DNA of 64,000 nucleotides from Phoronis australis. Its lineage: Eukaryota; Animalia; Phoronida. Positions 1 through 14,700 of this stretch are shown here, in pieces. The stretch is taken from NCBI GenBank assembly GCA_002633005.1, contig NMRA01000005.1, forward strand, positions 1,851,048-1,915,047. The letters run 5' to 3'. Both the position numbers and the translations under genes were made by a program. Numbering within the stretch: the stretch's first letter is position 1; every line of letters starts with the position of its first letter. The notes beneath the pieces were generated by a model that was not told the origin of the DNA, ran no database searches, and saw only the letters and a program-made list of their open reading frames with translations.

Positions 1-3000
1 TGTGAACAGTGCAATTCCATAGGCCTCTTGAACTGTTACAAATCCTGTATTTGTGCACTGAAGTTGTGGGATGCGTGTTTTATTCTGTTCCAAGATTTCA
101 AGTTTTATGAATGTCAATATTAATATAGTAGGGATGAGAGGACTATATCACGTTTGCAAGGAGTTGACGTTTTGTATGTGGATAAGTCTTCAGTTCAGTA
201 TGTTTAAAGAATTGAAGTGCTGATTTGTTATATTTCTCAACAAGAAATAAACTACTTTTTGAAGAATTCGAAAAGTACAGGACTATGTCCTTAAGAACAA
301 TAAATAGTCTTTGCCCAGTTACTGAGTTGATGTTTATACAATGGAAAACTTGTTAGATTTAGGTCCCAGTATGATGGAAAAGTGTAATTTTGATTTTATC
401 CACTTTCAAAATAGGAATCACTGTTTTAAAAGTTGAAAAATGTACATTTCTACAAGCCACAAAAACTGTTCTGTGCTCAAAAACATCTTGTTTCATAGGC
501 TCTCATGCTTACATAGCAATGTCATCGAGTTCGTATCCTTTGTGTGAATTGAGATTGGTTACAGTAAACCCCTGCAATTTCACTGACGACCATTCAGCAT
601 CAGGGGCTGAAAATAACCCACTTTGAAATGGAGAAGGCGATGCCATGGTTATACTGAGCACTGCTTCAATGGGTCAGAAAATGGGTAGCTTGAGCGCAAG
701 ATAAATGAAATTGCTTAAAATCACCAATTTCATATCAATAAAAACAAAAAACCAAATATTCAATCAGCTGTCAAGTTATGACATTCGCCAATACTATCTG
801 ATGATAGGTTAATTAGGTAATCTGCAGTTACGGACTTGTTGGCTGATACAAACTGCATAGAATTAGGACAACCAATCACAACATTAATCATTCTCCATAA
901 GCTTGTATTTAGTGTGAAACACTGCTGCTAGCTTTCCTGTGGTTTATGGTATAATAAATAATGACTTGAGGCATTGCATTTGTGGTGGTTGTGACAAGCG
1001 AGTATTTGACCACGCTGTGGCTCTTTTCATTTTCCCATGGGACCTCAGAGAAGCGCTGATGTGACACAAGTTTGTACAATAAGCTAGCCTGTTGTTGGAC
1101 ATAACTCACGGGCACTGGGTATGTTCATACGTCACACTCATATCCTTGGAGCTAAAAAACTTTTGTTTTCTTGTGCTTTCTCATTTTTGGGATATTAAAT
1201 TCACAGTTGTGATATACAGTGCTATAAATATGGTTTAATGAAGCCGACAATGTAGCCACTTATCAAAACAAGGTGCATGGTGGTTTTAAGCACTTTGAGA
1301 TTGAAGGCCATAAATAACAACTACGGTAAAATCTCACCAATTTCGGACAAAAAATTTAAAAATTGCTCTTTTTTCATTTTCAAGGGCATCTAACATTCTG
1401 TGAATGCCCACAAATTTTCAAAATATTTACTGTTGGTAGCTATGGTTCAGATAAATAAAGCATTCCAATACTGCCTATATGATTTACAAAAAATGAGAAT
1501 ATAAAATGTCATCTGTCCGTCACATTCTGTCCTGAATTGGTCAGTGACATTTGTGAGCTTCATTTTGGTCAGAGTACAAAGGCATAACCATTACTTGTAT
1601 TATTTCGCAACTCAATTTTTTGTGTCGAATTGTAAAGTTAAATCAAAACCTTCAATGCCTTTGAGTAAAACTTGATGTCCCAGGGCAATAGTCATTTTAG
1701 TGAAGCAGCAAATGATATAAGCTTAGCCTGAAGCAGTATACGAAACTGCCAGGTCTGCTCAGGCCTTGAAACACAATCCAGTCTGCGTAAGGAAAGAGAT
1801 GAGATAAATTTTGCAAGTTATTTTTGTCAGAAGGCATGGGTTTACTGTTCCGTCAATTGCATCTTCACCAACTCTGTAGTGTACTATATTTAACTTTCAG
1901 TTAACCTTAACTCTGGAAACTTTGACAGGAAAAGGAGTGTTAAATAAGTGACTTGTTGTCTAGATCAGCATCTGCTATTTTAATTAACATTTACTGGAAT
2001 GTAGAGGGTATGAGTTGCCAGAGTCAACATGTTTACCTAACTGAGTCATGTTTGTAGTTAAGTCTAAATTCTCATTTGTACCATGAGCAGTAGTATCTCT
2101 ATATTACGCCTGAACTAGTTAAAACCAGCTGTCTGTCAAGGTGAACTAAAATTTAGTTTTAACTGGATAATTAGTAAGCCACATGTGACTTGGGACATTG
2201 TTGGCCAGAATTCAAATAAAAATTTCCTGGAAACTTTTGATTAATCAAAAAACTTCGTAGAAGTATGTAAATCATTGTTTACTTTTTAGATTTTATTTGT
2301 CTATTAGAAATTGACTTTGTAACAATTTACAAATGTGTGCTTGGCCTCAGAGAATGCTGACATTCACTGACTACAGGCTGCAGTGCCTGGATGAACTTGT
2401 TCAGTCTTAATTTGTTATGCAGTACTTGGAAAACCACAATTAAATGCACAAGCTCTTTCTTCCTGTGTAATGAGCATCATGTCCAGTGCCTTGTCTGTCA
2501 TGCAATACCCAGTATCTGGCATATTACATAAGAGGTCAAAGGTGGAACCACAGGGCAGGTTAATAGCTCTCCTTGTGTGTAAGAACATCAAACCGAGAAA
2601 ACTTGAGAAACTGCATGTTGTGTAATCACATTAATTATATACCACTGCATGATGATTGATTCAGTAAATCACACTAAAGAAAAGTAATCTTTGAATTTCA
2701 ACAGAACTTCCTAAATTTCAAGCATGGTTCAGACCCTGCGAAAATTCAAACTAATTTCCCACGTGTTGCCATGTTGGTGATGTTGAAATGAAGCAAACTA
2801 TGTGGTCTCTCAATTATGTCTTCTTGATCATGGTTTTACTACAATAAAAACAATCTATCATTGATTTTTGGTTGTTTGTCTGTATGTTGAAGTAGCTTTA
2901 AGTGACTCATGGGCGTGGAGATAACTGAGATTGCATCATTGCCTGAGATGGGGCTCACAAACTTGGCTCGTCACAGCAGCGATCGTTTAATGTGTTCAGC

Positions 3001-3191
3001 ATGGTTTCAGGCATAGCCACACTGATTGTTGTGAAATCATTTGTCTTCTGACTTGCGAACAAGCCGAGACCAATTATGTAGCGGTGTTTAGTCTCTGAAG
3101 GTAGGTTTAACCACTCCTGCCGGAGTCGTGAACATTTTTAGTGACAGTCGAAGGAGAGTAGCCAATCACCTTACTGTCCATGATGAGTGGT

Positions 3192-3207
3192 AATAAAATC
3201 CAATAAA
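3192..3207 (+). terminator. Tandem AATAAA signals, possibly the 3' end of a + strand gene upstream of the window
   Basis: AATAAA at 3192 and 3202 followed by a T-rich tract. No coding exons were recognised in 1-3200. Confidence 0.3.
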
Positions 3208-4741
3208 ATTTGTTTTCAATTTTTCTTTGTTTTTCTTAAGTAATTGATTTCACCTTATGAGATGCACTGCTCTTAGGTTTAGGGATGGCGACAATATGTT
3301 TAAACAGATACCTTTCATACTGGTGTTACAAATGTTGTTCATAATATTGTACTTTGTACCCTGTTCCTAAACTTGAAACTTTCACCATGCTGTGATAACA
3401 GTTGTGAGTAGGGCTGCCTCTATTGTGAATCTAAATAATGTAAGTGATGATTCCCAGTATCGCAACAAACTTCAGAGTAGAGCTCAACCTGGTTTCATTT
3501 CAATAGTGTATTGTGGCATGTACTTTTATGAAGGTCGAACACAACAGTAGGGACATGGACGTGATGTTTTTGGTGTGGTCTCTTGAAGTGCATTTAAACA
3601 GTTTTATTTTTCAGATAAGTACATTGTTTCTGTGAAATAGTTTTAAAGCCTTTCCACACTTAGCACCATTTTCAGCCGACACAGCAAAAAAGATTGGAGA
3701 AAGATTTCATCTAAAAATTTTTTAATGCGTTTCTGTACACAAAAACAAAATATTTTGAACAAATGCTTCAGGGTGATTTAATGATTGACCAACTAACTTG
3801 TTTGTGACCGCCCGATCATACCACTGCCTTCATTCTTGTTGATTTGCCAAAAGACGAACTCCTAGAGCAAGAATGCAACATCTTTAAAGTGGCTATAAAC
3901 TTGAACCCACCTTCCATCACAAAAACAATTTTTCTCTCAGACAAGTGCCCACTATGAAATTGGTTTTAAATTTTTGCTAGTCAAAATAGGCACAATATCA
4001 AGACTTGGAAAAAAGCGACAGTTCATTATTACTAGAGACAAGTTGACTCGTCACGGTGTTTCATTTTATTCACAGAGCATGTTCTTGAGGAATAGTGAAC
4101 CGTCAGTTCATTGCAAGTTCAAAAATCACTTCTTAGTATAGTGCAAGTTGGAGTAAATGGTTCAAGTCAACATTTAGTTTCATAGGCAGAATGCTGGTTT
4201 ATTGTTGATTTAATTATATGCCATGCAGGTAATTAAGCTATTTTTCTGCACACCTCCAACCACTAATTTGTAGCATTATTGTATTGAGAAAGTATTCAGA
4301 TTCAGGACTCCTTAAAATTTGGTACAGACCTTCACTCATCACTCAACCTAGCATCTGAGTACAATGGCCTGGCTCTGCAACTGCAACAGGGCCTGGACCT
4401 CGTGTGACTTGCAGCAGACCTTCCAGTGTATTAACTACTCTCAACACTGGATCATTTCTGTACCCTCGAATTGAGTCTATACTGTATTGAGATTCCTGAA
4501 GATGTGCATTGCACATGCGGTGGACAGTGTAGTGCTGTATTTCTCAAGCATACGACACTTTAGGTTTTGTGTCACGTCTTTATCGGGTTTCAAGTCAAAG
4601 TCTCTGCAGCAAAGATAGTTATATAGGTATACAGTATCTTTGTCTGCAGTCAGTCCTGCTGTTGTTGACCATTATGAGTGTACACCACGTGAACGAAAAA
4701 CAGATGTGAAAGCAGACACACAGAAATGGGACTAATCAAGT

Positions 4742-4747
4742 TTTATT
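4742..4747 (-). terminator. Candidate polyadenylation signal of CRNKL1
   Basis: AATAAA on the - strand about 970 nt after the stop codon, followed 20-50 nt downstream by a GT/T-rich tract (TTTCTGTGTGTCTGCTTT...TGTTTTT). Confidence 0.5.
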
Positions 4748-5153
4748 TAAAAAAGATGACTGAAATGTACAAAAATATAGTACACAAGTTTTGATAAACA
4801 GCACATTTCCTCCAAGATGATTGACACACGGTCTGAATGACATGTTGGTCTAAATTATTTAACTGGTTCAAAATGTTGACCACTTGCTATTTTCTTTGTG
4901 TAAGACAGACATTTTATCAATCGTTTTGTGTGTAAACTAAAGTTCTTCAATGTAAGAACCAGTTAGTTAATACCAAGACAAAACAGTACACCTCATTTGC
5001 ATGCTTTCATAATAAAGAAATATACTTGAAATTGATGTTCGAACATACAGTACAAGTCAAAATGATCTGAAATTACCCTTCATGATGTCTGAGCAGAAGC
5101 CAAATACGTCGTCATTACCATTCATTTTTGTTGTTAACAGAAATAGCCGTCAT

Positions 5154-5318
5154 CAGGGGCAGATCCAGGATTTTGAGTTGGGGGGGAGGCAGGGCAGAGT
5201 ATTAGCCAGGATTTTACCCGTCAGACATTCGCACCCCTGAATTGCCTAATGGAATCCGAGAGACTTTTATTTTAGGGGGGGCCATGGCCCCCTTGGCCCC
5301 CCTCTAAATCCGCCACTG
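5154..5318. mobile_element. Short GC-rich MITE (hAT-like CAG...CTG termini) in the inferred CRNKL1 3' UTR
   Basis: Ends CAGGGGCAGAT and ATCCGCCACTG, flanked by the 5-bp direct repeat GTCAT (5149-5153 and 5319-5323). Internal GGGGGGGCCATGGCCCCC palindrome. Confidence 0.7.
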
Positions 5319-5715
5319 GTCATGACAAGAAAACTGAGCTTTGTCCGATTACTTTTGTCTTGTACCATATAAACAAGTAATGTAGTTGTGACAATGAAAC
5401 TTCATGTATGCTCAACAGCTATTCTGAAGATGAAGACTGCCTTTCATGCAAACAAGATCCAGTAACAACTTACAAAGGAAACACTGGGCAAAAAATTCCA
5501 TGTGAATACTTATCTCCCTTGTATTGAAGATTTAATGGCATGTGCTGTAATGACCACTTTCAAACTACTGGCCATCCTCCCTCATACATCAACAATATGA
5601 ACATGCCAAAGTGCATCTGAAAATTCTTAGGATTGTTACTCCTTTGCCAATACAACATCCACCATCCACCAGAAAAATGGTTATTCTAGATGGATGCCGT
5701 GACTGTAGAACCGTG

Positions 5716-8700
5716 TCATGACTCGGTGGTATCCTCATCTTTGTCTGGATCAGCTTCCTGCTTCTTCTTCCACATCTTAGCCATTGCCAGCAACTTAAGG
5801 TTGGGTTGGGCTGCCTCGTCATCAGGGAATATGTAATCAAAGTACTCCTCCCAGCCAGCGTCAGACTGGAAAATATATTAAAAAACAACTGAATGCTTTT
5901 TAGTAAATTTTGCTAAAGTACACCCAATTTCACGTAATCAGGATACAAGTGGCTCGAGATATGCTACCAGTATGCCAAGTATGACTTAACTGAAGGGCAC
6001 AAGCACGATCTAGAACTGTACTGTGAAACTGTAACTGAGTTAAGTGAGGATTTGATTTGTGAAGGTTTACTCCACATTTATCATTCCGCTTCTGGGATCC
6101 AGTTTTATCAACGGATACAGTCGTATCTTAAAATTCTGTTACAAAGTTTTTATTCTACATCAGTGTCAAGTCTCTACACAATGTTTTATTACAGGCTTCA
6201 TGTGCTTTCAAACATGCCTGAATTCAATATCAAAACATAGCCTCGCACACAGGAGTACGGGTCAAATGCCAGTTTATATTATCTAGAGCAATGAACCATG
6301 GAATACCTTGCACTGTATACAACAAACAACGGAAACACCCCCATTGTGTAAATGTGTGCCTTACCCCATCTTCTGTTTGAACCTTTCGCCGCCTCTTGAC
6401 CTTTTTGGGCATTTGTTTGTTGACAGATTCTTGTGAGCTTTCATCCCCATGTTCATACTAAAAGTACAAATTCCAAGATCATAGGCATATTGACCAATGA
6501 TACTTAGGCTGTGATCACATTTCTTTTTATATCAGTGAAGTGAACTCGAGCAGTTGTAACGTAATGCTACTGCGAAACTGCAGACAATCAAACAAGGATT
6601 ACAATTACTAGTAAACATCTTTTTATTCATATTTCACCAAGGTTGCATAAATCATCAATGCTCAAGACCTGAACCTTCCAATCACCAGACCAGGGCTGTG
6701 TTCCGTAGATACAAGAAACACCAAAAACTCGCGATCACGCACGTCTTCACGAGATATTGCCATGCACTACAACTGAAGCGTGTGATCAAATAGTTCTTCT
6801 GCCATGTGTTTTGAGTCTATGGACCACTGCCCTGTTAACTGTAGAAATCCTACCTCAAATTCTTTCCATGACTCTAATAACATCATTCTCTCCTCTCTAT
6901 CTTCTGAACTCTTCAACGATGAATGAGCTTCTTGATAAATTTTGCGTGCCTTCTCCACATTTGTTTCAGAAGAAACTGACAGTTCAAACTGAGCATAGCT
7001 AATCCATACCTGAAATCAAACGTTTTTGCTTTGAAATATTGCACCTACTTGTATGTACTCAATGACCACCAGTACAACAAAGACACGAACATGCATGCTG
7101 AGTAAAAATGTTTAACAAATCTCAATGACCACTAAACAAAACCAAGTTTAACTTTTTACAACTACTACAACTTGTCTGAACCCTGATAATTTTTGGACAA
7201 TAATGCAATGAAAATGGGCAAACCAGAGTCATTTATTTTATGTTCGAAAAATAAAAGAACACGTTGAAAAGAAATTAAATTTATTTAATTCGCGTCAAGT
7301 TCAGAACCACCATCAACACATGCTACATCTGCAATGAAGGTTGATTTAAACCACTTTTTGGTATAAAACTGGACTTGTTCCTTGCTCAGATGAGAAGCGG
7401 TTTCTAGGCTTGAAAAGAACCAACAGTTCGTTAATGCCCAAGACCATGCTTGGCACATAAAATGACTTGCTGTGCCTAGTCATAAAGAAATGATGTCAGC
7501 CCAGAAATCGCCGGATAGGGGACTTTCCACACAGGCGCCAGAGTAATGAGAAGAAGAAAGTGACTTCCGAATTATTCCGACTCAGATTTGGTGGACAGAA
7601 ATTCAATAACTACACAATGGTTTGTAAATATAAAAGCAGAGGAATAAATTCGATTGTCAGTCCCTCCCATTGTTTGATTGAAGTTCACTTATGTATTTTA
7701 GCTTTTTGGCAATGGCCGAGATTGAGCTTCTTCCGCTTTATCAGCAGCAGCTACTGGCTTGTCGTGGATACATGTCTGTCGTGGATACATCTCTGCAGTG
7801 AGAAATTGTGGAGCAGGATGTCCTTGCTCATCAGTTAATATTTCGAAAGATTTGCCTTTTAGTCGTAAGGCCTTGGTACATACCACTACATAGCAGTAAA
7901 AATCTGCCGGCATTATAATAGCAGGAAAGGTCAAAACACCGTTTACATCAGTAGGTTGAAACCTCACGTCCACATTACATGGGATCTGTACGTGGCGCTG
8001 AATGCCTGTCCACCAAAGACCTGATCGCCGTCTGGTGGGTTAGTGATTTTCAATATGGCGCGGCTACTTCAAGACAGATATTGAAGTAAGGAAAAGTGGA
8101 AATCAATTTCAAGTCGGTAAGTGGTCTAACTTGATTTACTTCTCACAGCTGCAACACTTCAATCATAGTGGTTGCCATTCAAATGGACTATTATAGTTCA
8201 ATTTGCATTAAGTGGGACACACACAACTTGGATATTTGAAAACTTGAACAAAATTCCGCGATGCAGTTTTTTCTAGTTCTTGCACAAGGTCCTTTAGCCT
8301 AATTGTACTTCATCTTGCTCCGATTAAAATTTCTATACAGTTGAATTTAGTTAGTAAAATTTGTGTAATTTATGTACATGTAATAGAGACAGTTGTGTGT
8401 CAATAGTAACAGACCGTTATGCGTTTACTATTAGGTGTAAATTAAGATTAACTTGTTTCCCTTTGTGTGACTTGAAAACAAATGTGTTGCAATAAAACTG
8501 AGCATACTGTGACAATGAACAGTGGAATATATATTGTCTATTGACCTCCCCATCTCAGAGCACTGAGGGCACGGGAACAAAAACCTTGAAAGTAAACTCC
8601 GAAGGTTAAAAATTAAAAACATTCAAAGAAGAACTCCCTGAGACTAACATGACAAAGAATTCATTAAGTAGGCGATTTCGAATAGAGCTGTGACATCATT

Positions 8701-11700
8701 CTCAGACAACCAACTAATACAGAGACTTTGAGCTAAGTATATGAGTGAGTGGTGATCCAGCTATTCTGTAAACAACTGTTTAACACTGATGAAGATATCA
8801 ACAAGCGCGTTTGTACACTGTATATTTTAAGCATTTCTGGGATTGATTCAATTCTTTGTCTGGGAGCAATGTGCTTGCCTTAACCCTTATTAGCATACAA
8901 AGGTCAAGATATTGCACCTTTCAATGTGCTTGCCTTGACCTTTATTAGCATACAGAGGTCAAGATATTGCACCTTTCAATGTGACCTTACCTTAACATGC
9001 TGCGTTCTCTGTAGTAACCTCCTGTACAACTGTCTGGTGTTTTCAAACTCTTCCTGCTCAATCTCAAAGTCAATGTAAGCCTTCCACAGAACTTCTGGCA
9101 TGTCCAGTTTAGTCTGATTGATAGCTAGTCCAAATATAGCCCGGGCCCGGTCATTGTCCCCAAGAATTGTCTCTAGCTCAGCAAACTGTAAACATTGACG
9201 AAGTTCAGCTGATAATGCCAACACGGACATAAAATATTTTTTTTCAAAATTGAAATGAAATGAATTGGGTATTCCACACGCAAAAGAAGTAAAACTTTTC
9301 TGGATGTCGATTTAAGGTGCAGGTATGCCTCCCCTTCAACGGTTCACATTTTTTCAATCTTTCCAAATACTAATGGCAGACTCTCAAGAAGCAACATGGC
9401 AACTGATCACAAGGAATGACAAGACAATTTCACTTTTGCGTAAAACCCCTCACGTCATATCACATACAAACGTGTTACCCTATGCCACCAGCTGTGAGGA
9501 AGTATCTCCTGATACCGGCAAGTGGCGATCAGAGTCACCGATACCATGCGATCAGCCCCTCCCCCATCGCTTCCTGAAGGTCTCCCATTCTCAACATATG
9601 AAGCCATGTGACAAATTTTCATGATCAACAAATGCCCTGCTTGCAGTCACATGACTATTTTTTTATACCATTTCAATGTTTTCATTTAGATTGATGTAAC
9701 TTACACAGGCGTGAAATGTTTACCCGAGACTTTCAAATTCCAATTCCATTTCTATATTTCATTAGCAGCACACACGTGCCTGTCACTTTTCTGTCAAGGC
9801 CTCTAACTGTAGAATTTGAGTGACGAAAAATACAGGCTTTGCTCACAGAATGCTTGAATCTTTATTTCAGACCGCTGAATTCTCAATGCATAAACATGAA
9901 GGAAGCGTCATCGACCAATCACCACAAAGATCACCACTTACTCACCTTCATCCACGTAGAACAATTTTCTGGGTTATACTCAAGAAACTTCTCATAAAGT
10001 ATCCTGCACCGCTCAAACTCTCTCAGCTGGATTTCTAGATCAATGTATCCACGGAATAGTTTGTCTTTCGGACACTTTCCTATGGCGACACCCTGGAAAT
10101 TATGGCAGAGAAGGTGGATGATTTAATCCATGTAAATAAATAAAAATATAATAATATTTGCAGGTCTTAAGTAAGCCATACCAGTTTTGAAAGAAAAATT
10201 GTCTTCAATTTCCACAACTTAATGACTGAGAACCATTATCCTGAAGTCACAACATCACAGAATACAAATTAACAACAAATATTCCACCATTACAGTAAAC
10301 AGGTTATTGACTTGGTATCGTTCAAGAAATGCCCGCCCGTGACAAAAATTCTTCTTACTAGCAAATTGAAAGCTAAACGTTTTAAGACCTTCACAACTAC
10401 GGCATATATCACTCATGTATTGTGGTTTAACTCACACTTAGTTTCTCATCACTTAATAAGCCAGTTTTACAACAAAAATACACCAACCGCGGACATTACA
10501 AAAGTTTAAAAACCAACACGCAAAGTGAACCTCTCCAAGTGACACAGGCATCCAATCAAGCACATAATTATGACAGCAAAAGGATTATCTCGATGCAGAG
10601 TCACAATTCAGACAATTTCTTACCAGAGATTTTCTCGCAGCAGTTAAATTACGTTGCCTCACTTCAAACTGTGCATACATCAACCAGATTTTGGCAAAGG
10701 TGAATTTTTTATGAGGTAAAAGTTCTAAGCACGCCTGGTACACTTGGCGCGTTCGCTCCACATCTTTAGTGACCAGCTCTTCGTACAATGCATAGTTTAT
10801 CCATAAGTAAATGTACCTTCGCCAATGTCGTTTTTCCTGAAAGAGAAACAAATAAACCTGCATACACTGCCCATAACAGAAATCCAGATGGCAAAATATT
10901 GCCAGTTTATGATAAAATATAGTGGACAGTCAAGTGAAATTTTATTTTTTAATTTTTCCATAAAAGACAAGTAGCACCAGATATATGTTTTATCATGTTC
11001 ACATTCTATACCGCGGTTACCATCAGACAATGTTTTGAGAATTTGTGGGCATTCACAACAATGTAAGAGGCCTTCAAAAGATGAAAACAGACCAACTTTG
11101 GGAATCAGTTTTGCCCAAAATTGACGAGACTTTACCATACCAATCCTACCACTTACATCTCAGCTGATTTAGATTCATTACGTGATGTAAAGAAAAATTA
11201 TTGTCACTGAGTGCAACTTAAATGCAGCCCACGCAATGAAAGCGTAGAAAGCTGGCTGATTGAGCATTCTGATAAATTGATGCTTGATTCATCTCTCATT
11301 TTGTTAAATATGGAAGTCATCTACCAGCTGCATGGTGTTTTTGAATCCAAAATCCTTAAGGCATCGTCACACAAAACTCATTCTCAGTATGACTGCTTGT
11401 CTTAGCCTCCTAGTGAAACAGGCTGGTGACACACAGAATCAGGCAACTTAGGCCAACACACTGTCTTAAATGAGACACCACCCACCGGGTTCTTAATCAA
11501 ATTGAACAACACTTAGTCATTTACCACACTGTTTTGCCAATTTTTGAGATGGCACTGAGGTATGTATTGGTTTGACAAGTCCCTAGAAGTGGAACTTGCA
11601 AGCTAATTCCTTATCTCTGTAACTGCACGGCCAAATTAGTTAGAAACACAACATACAGTGATGATGTGAATATAAAGTAGGTTGAAAATTGCCAAATGTT

Positions 11701-14700
11701 TTTAAGAACATGTTTTATGGCAAAAATGATCTGACGCAAATCACTGAACCATGTCCAGTAAGTATCATGACGTGGTGATGGGAAACAACACGGCATGATG
11801 GGAGCTATGTGAGCCGACAAATTACGTCATTAAAGCAAAGGTCACCTGTTTGCAAACTTTTTTGTTTTCATATTTACAAGTTGTGAAGGAATACAACTGC
11901 ACTTTATTTAGCACAGATGATGTTCAAATAGCATTGTTGTTTAGTTCCTGCTACACATTAGCATAGTTAGGAGCATGCAAATACATGTTTAAGCATCATT
12001 TGAATAGCCTAGACATCTCGCACCACAACAATCATTTATCCATTCTACCTGTGTGGGGGGTACATTGGCAATAGCTCTCTCATAACAGTCCCGCACTTGA
12101 TCGTGATCTCCATCATTCTCCAACAGTCGCAGGTAGTCAAACCAAGCATCATAGTTGTGAGGATTTTGTTTAACTTCCTGAAAATAGGATACACAATCAT
12201 AGGAAGTTCAAAATTTCCAGAAGACAATTTATAACACAAAAGACAAAGCACAAATATGTTAACTGCCAAGCTGCATCCAGCCTTATGATCTTGACACTAT
12301 GGACTGAGTAGAGTTAATATATTGCTTATGTGGCCCAATTCACCAAACTTGACTTCAACTTGCAATTTTAACTTCACCTAATTAACACCTTGACTTTTTG
12401 TGACTCATGTTTAGTACAAAAGCACCACACGTGCACTTAAAAATACAACTTAGAAATACACGAAGTGCTGTTCATGGAATCCCACTAACTTCGTACATGC
12501 CGTCTCACACAGAGGCGAGTGTCAAATGCTTTGATATAATCTCGAGATGGTCAAAAAATGAGTTGTGAAATACAGAAAGTTCTTTTGTTTTATATGCTTA
12601 CATTATGGTCAGAATGGAGTTCACATGTGTAATTTCTGACTTAACAAACAGCATCATTTCTGATTTAGCACACAACACAACTTAATGTCACACTGTACCC
12701 TGGAACATCATGCCTCTTGTTACAACATAACGCAAAAAATAAGAAGCATGACATGGAACAATACCTCTTCGTACTGGAACCGTCGCTTGTTGACAATCAC
12801 ATCCTCAATGGCTTCTCGGTCACCAAACTTTTTCTCATGTATCGTGTACTGTTTGTAAATACTCTGACACTGGTCCTTGGACAGATGGTCGAGAGCATAC
12901 TTATATATAACCCGAGCACGTTCATGCTGAAATATGAAAGTAAATATGCTGTACAAAATACATCAATATCAAGATTAGATACCTTAATTCCATTTTCATA
13001 AATCAGTTGCAAGGGTAAAGTGTATGACAGAAGCCACTTCTACAAGCCATGGTAAACCACAGGCAGTTAAAACTGAAACTCGTTAACTTAAGTTTGAAAA
13101 TTCTGAGGATTTACAAAATCCAAATCATTTGTATACAACATAGTTAGCTTGGGTTTGAGGAATGGAATGTTGTAAGCACAGGAACATTTTAAATGAGGTT
13201 CGGAAAACGTGGTTGGACCATACCTTCAAAAGTATGTTGGGAATGACCAATGACAGAAAAATAGTAAAATTTTCCAGGTGATGTACCGTTCCACAAATAG
13301 GCTTGTGTGACATAAAGATACTTTGTCTTGTAAAATTTAACTGAAATTAGCGTTTTTGCATGAATGAAGTAAAAATAATGATTAAAAAGAGACGAAACAA
13401 GAGAAAACTGGAAATCAAATAAGAGTAAATTGAAACCAAAAAGAGGAAATCCTCTTAAAAGAGGAAAACTCTAAGCTCTGGTACCACTTAATCTCTTAAA
13501 TACGTGATTATGAGACATGACCTGATAAACATACAGCATTGTGCAATAATATGAAACTAAAGTGGTAACTGATATTTTTCAGAAAAATGTTACATAAAAA
13601 ATGAGAGCCTTACTTCCTTTTGGTTTTCTTCAAACTTTGCAAAGGAAATCAACAGCTGCTCATTCATGTTGTCTTCGCCAAAGAACTCGACGGCTCGTTC
13701 ATAAATACTGCGAGAACTGTTGATGTAGTTGTGCTTTTCTTCAAACTTGGCATATTTAATCCAGTTCTTTACTTCTGGATGGACGAGTACAAGTGAACAT
13801 AGTTAAGGAGTTCTAGTGCTTTGTGGTGACGGCATGAAGGTTATGAAAATAGGTACCCTGAACAAGAGAATTATGTCAATACAAGTCAAACACTAGCCAA
13901 AACTAGGATCAAGGAAATTGCAAATTCTAGAAAACTTGTGATTTGTCTGTCTGCACAGCACATTAAGGCCAATCCCTAATGTTCAGTCAGCTTGAATCCA
14001 TTCTCATGCTACACAGAAATGAATGTTTGTCTCCGAGTTAGCAGTTTCCAATTTGTAGATGGTTTCACCTTGCAAAGCAAAGTAGCATAGACTGATGACT
14101 GAGGATGATCGTTTGTCATTACGTATAGCAAAACTCAATGATTCTGTGAGCACTCTTCAGAGCCACAAAAACCTGGGATTTCCAAAACAGACACAGTAAG
14201 TTTACACCAGTTAAACGTGACAAAAATGACAGCAATGAGCCGGACATTCTGGAAAACCAGAAGTGTTGACTTACTGAGGAACTTGAATTCGTTCCACCAA
14301 CTCATATACATGTCCTAACACAATAGCTACACTAGCTGTGTGCAGGTATTGTGGAGGCACAATATATGACTTAAAGCTGCATTTGACCCTGTTTAGCTGG
14401 CTAAAAAAATGTAATTTATAACAGGCCTTTTACTATTTCTGTCGCAGGTATTGTCTTGAGTAGCTGATGGTTCTGATGTTCTTACTGGTAATGGAAATGA
14501 AATTGTATTACGATAAGGAATATTATGAGACCACGATTAACATTCCCAATTCAATTATTCTTTTTAGCCGGCTAAAAAGGGTGAAACGTAGTTTTAAACA
14601 TCTTCACATCATAGCAACATTTAACCACTTCAGAACAAAACTACTGCATACGCTAGCACAACATCAAGGATATATCGTTCATAGACGCTGCGAGCTCTGT

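Noticed and set aside
7560-8070. 91/92-aa ORFs in a CpG-richer patch of CRNKL1 intron 12
   Set aside because: No recognisable domain and not needed for the CRNKL1 frame. It may be a repeat fragment, but I could not define termini.
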